Positions 61,352-64,000 of a DNA stretch of 64,000 nucleotides are shown piece by piece. Source of the stretch: Octopus sinensis (taxonomy: Eukaryota). The stretch covers positions 1,612,001 to 1,676,000 of the forward strand of contig NC_043007.1 in the NCBI RefSeq assembly GCF_006345805.1. The letters are read 5' to 3'. Position numbers and translations under genes: made by a program. How positions within the stretch are numbered: the first letter of the stretch is position 1; the number at the start of each line of letters is the position of its first letter. The notes beneath the pieces are model-generated. The model saw nothing but the letters and a program-made list of their open reading frames with translations, made no database searches and was not told the origin of the DNA.

Positions 61352-62339
61352 CTTTTTGATGTTTCTTATCTACTTCCCGTTCATTTCCATCCAAGAATTG
61401 TCCTAGAATCATACTTCTGTTGAGCAGACACTGTCGATACAGCATCCTCGTCTGCAGTTCTAAATTCTAAGTTTTGCATCTTGTTATAAATGATTGCCAT
61501 GCCTCTAAGTGAAGCAGTTTAATTTAAATTGTTTGACCTGGAGAGGAGGAAACTTCTGTAATATCTGCAGAAAATATCAACAGACATACCTTTAAAGCAA
61601 TTAACCTCAATGTTAAGATGTAATGAAGATTGTGTCAAAGCAAATAATTCCTCTGTAACCTTCTATATCAACCGAAAGCAAAAACAGTCGCAACGTTCTG
61701 AATGGGAAAAGCCAATTTAACGTACTAATTTGTATTCTCATTAAATACTTTCGAATGCTATATAATAATGAATGTTTGTTTGAACGAATTATTCACAAAT
61801 AAAAAGAGTCACAAGCGGCGCATTTAAATACAAGCGTCTCATTAATAGATACTAATTTAAATAGGATTGAAACAACCTTGAAAATGATGCCACAGTTTTA
61901 CACCTGAAGAAAGCAGTTTTGAAGAAAATAATCTGATCATATTAAAAGATTCTCTCTACTGTTAATCAATGACAGACATAAAAATGAGAAGAAGAGCAAG
62001 AAGGATGAAAGCCAATGCCTCAATAATCATTCAACTAATTTGTGTGTCACCATTGATAACAAAAAAGAATGTAAGACGATACACTCTTCTTGGCTCGTTC
62101 CCAAATAATATTGATACGTAACAACACCAATGAATTAGTGGAGGGTGATATCATTGAAATTACCAAACGATTTTAAAGTCTTGTAGTAATCGTCATTGCT
62201 TTTTTTTTTGTTTTTGTTTTTGGTTTTTGTAAATGGCCACCTATTATATAACACCATTTGTTGTCTTGGTAAACGGATGCTAAATGATGATGATGATGAT
62301 GATGTAACATTTCATTTCATTTAGATTTAAGCAAACACC

Positions 62340-62530
62340 TACTCATGCATCATCATCATCATCGTCATCATTGATGCTATCGTCGTCACCACCACCAGAT
62401 TCAAAGCCATCATCATCATCATTGATGCTATCATCATCACTACCACAACCATCACCACCACCACCACCACCACCATCACATTCAAAGCTATCATCATCGT
62501 CATCGTCGTCATCATTATCGTCATCATCAT
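62340..62530. repeat. (CAT)n/(CAC)n array with repeated ttcaaagc.atcatc and attgatgctatc units
   Basis: Directly visible. Confidence 0.85.
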
Positions 62531-62597
62531 TTAATGTCTGATTTCCATGCTGGCATGGGTTGGATAGTTTGACATTGAGCTGGCCAGGTGGGGAGTC

Positions 62598-62815
62598 TGT
62601 CCCAACTCCAATAGAGCCGGTAGAACCGTTAGCACACCAGGCAAAATGCTTAGTGGCATTCTTTCCGTCTTCACTTTCTGAGTTCAAATTCTGCCGAGGT
62701 CGACTTTGCCTTTCATCCTTTCAGAGTGGATAAATTAAGTACCAGTTGTGTACTGGGGCTGATCTAATTGACTGACGCCCTCAACAAAAATCTCGGGCCT
62801 TGTGCCCAGAGTAGA
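62598..62815 (+). mobile_element. SINE family N, flanked by RTE-UTR fragments (-, 62505-62597 and 62825-63020)
   Basis: gagttcaaattctgccgaggtcgactttgcctttcatcctttcagag. Confidence 0.75.
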
Positions 62816-63354
62816 AAAGAATTGTCTGTTGTAGCATGGTTTCTATGGCCCGATGCCCTTCCTAATGGCAACCACTTTAAGGAATGTGCTGGGTGCTTTT
62901 GTATTTTTGTGCCACCAACATGGGTGTGCTTACACAGTGCTGGCACGAGTGTCTTTTATGTGGCACCGGCAACCTGTAAAAGACAAGCCTGTATGTATGG
63001 ATGGCAGTGATCTTACTTAGAAAATGGTTAAATCACCCTTACCATTTATCCATTCTCATGTTCTCTCACTGATTGGGTGCACCCCATGACCTCTTGTTTC
63101 TGTCTGTGTCATGTGACACAGTTGTCCGATGCTGGTGCTCTGTGTGTCTTACAGTGTGGTGCGAGTGTATTCCATTGCTTGTGGTGTTACAGTGCTGCTC
63201 TGCATAGCGTTTACTTCCATTGAGAGGGTAGAGGAAGAGTTGCAGGGGTGGGGAAGGTGTCTTGAAAGGTTGGAAGTAAGACAATCTGCAGGGAGCACTG
63301 TATTAAAGAATTCTTGAGAAGTTTGTCTGGTAGTGAACGAATGTGACTAGTTTG

Positions 63355-63545
63355 GTATACAGTTCTATATTTAAGAGATGAGGAATTATTTACATTATTT
63401 ACATTTGACGGATATTTGTCCTCAGCTTGTTTATTGTTAACACAACATTTCGGCTGATATACCCTCCAGGCTCCATCAGGTGTCCTGGGGGAATTTCAAA
63501 CATTGGTTCTTCTTCCTAAGGTATTTTTCAATGTTGTTGTTGCTA
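63355..63545 (-). mobile_element. Hammerhead-SINE 3' part, copy 2
   Basis: High similarity to 5306-5450; ends ...cctcatctcttaaatatagaactgtatac. Confidence 0.8.
63439..63484 (-). ncRNA. Type I hammerhead ribozyme (degenerate), copy 2
   Basis: gacac CTGATGG a gcctg-gagggtatat-cagcc GAAA tg tt|gtgtt. Stem I intact; A9 mutated to G. Confidence 0.65.
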
Positions 63546-63611
63546 TTATTATTATTATTATTTTTATTATGATTATTATTACGATTGTTGTTATTATGAC
63601 CCACATGCATA

Positions 63612-63680
63612 TGGCGTAGTGGTTAAGAGTGCAGGCTACTATCCCCGAGATTCTGAGTTTGATTCCAGGCAGTGACCTTA
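63612..63680 (+). mobile_element. Hammerhead-SINE tRNA-like head, inverted relative to its tail
   Basis: A box TGGCGTAGTGG (63612), B box GAGTTTGATTCC (63655), then (TAA)n; matches the head at 5483-5551. Confidence 0.8.
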
Positions 63681-63713
63681 ATAATAATAATAATAATAAT
63701 AATGATAATAATA

Positions 63714-63990
63714 ATCATCGTTTAGCGTCCGCTTTCCATGCTAGCATGGGTTGGACGGTTCAACTGGGGTCTGGGAAGCCAGAAGGCTGCCACCAGGCCC
63801 AGTCTGATCTGGCAGTGTTTCTACGGCTGGATGCCCTTCCTAACGCCAACCACTCCGTGAGTGTAGTGAGTGCTTTTTACGTGCCACCGGCACGAGGCCA
63901 GTCGGGGCGGCACTGGCAACGGCCACGTTCGGATGGTTCTCTTATGTACCACTGGCATTGGTATCACAGCTGCAATTTCTATTGATGTTG
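63714..63990 (-). mobile_element. RTE-like LINE 3' end
   Basis: Family motifs. Confidence 0.75.
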
Positions 63991-64000
63991 ATCGATTTCG

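Noticed and set aside
1-64000. CRISPR-like or prokaryotic defence arrays
   Set aside because: No regularly spaced direct repeats with unique spacers and no cas-like ORFs; the sequence is clearly eukaryotic repeat-rich DNA.

Overview
AT-rich, repeat-dense eukaryotic DNA. The repeat families and microsatellite load point to an octopus (coleoid cephalopod) genome; this is inference. I found no supportable protein-coding gene, rRNA, intact tRNA or CRISPR array, so the window reads as a gene desert or the inside of a large intron. Nearly all ORF-track entries are translations of microsatellites or repeats. Retroelements: many tRNA-derived SINEs (at least 5 families), 5'-truncated LINE 3' ends (RTE, CR1/L2-like, R4/Dong, L1-Tx1) and Penelope-like remnants. 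DNA transposons: a DD37D (maT) Tc1/mariner fragment, piggyBac-, Tc1- and hAT-type MITEs, and Helitron/Helentron non-autonomous elements. There is also a 652-bp tandem duplication that may be an assembly artefact. The most interesting signal is a tRNA-headed SINE whose 3' part carries a Penelope-type (type I) hammerhead ribozyme. It occurs twice (5.3-5.6 kb and 63.4-63.7 kb), each copy with a different internal inversion, and the two-copy consensus restores a complete catalytic core. A second, unrelated hammerhead relic lies at 53.3 kb. Family and domain names come from motif recognition and recalled literature, not database searches. Boundaries of degenerate copies are approximate.
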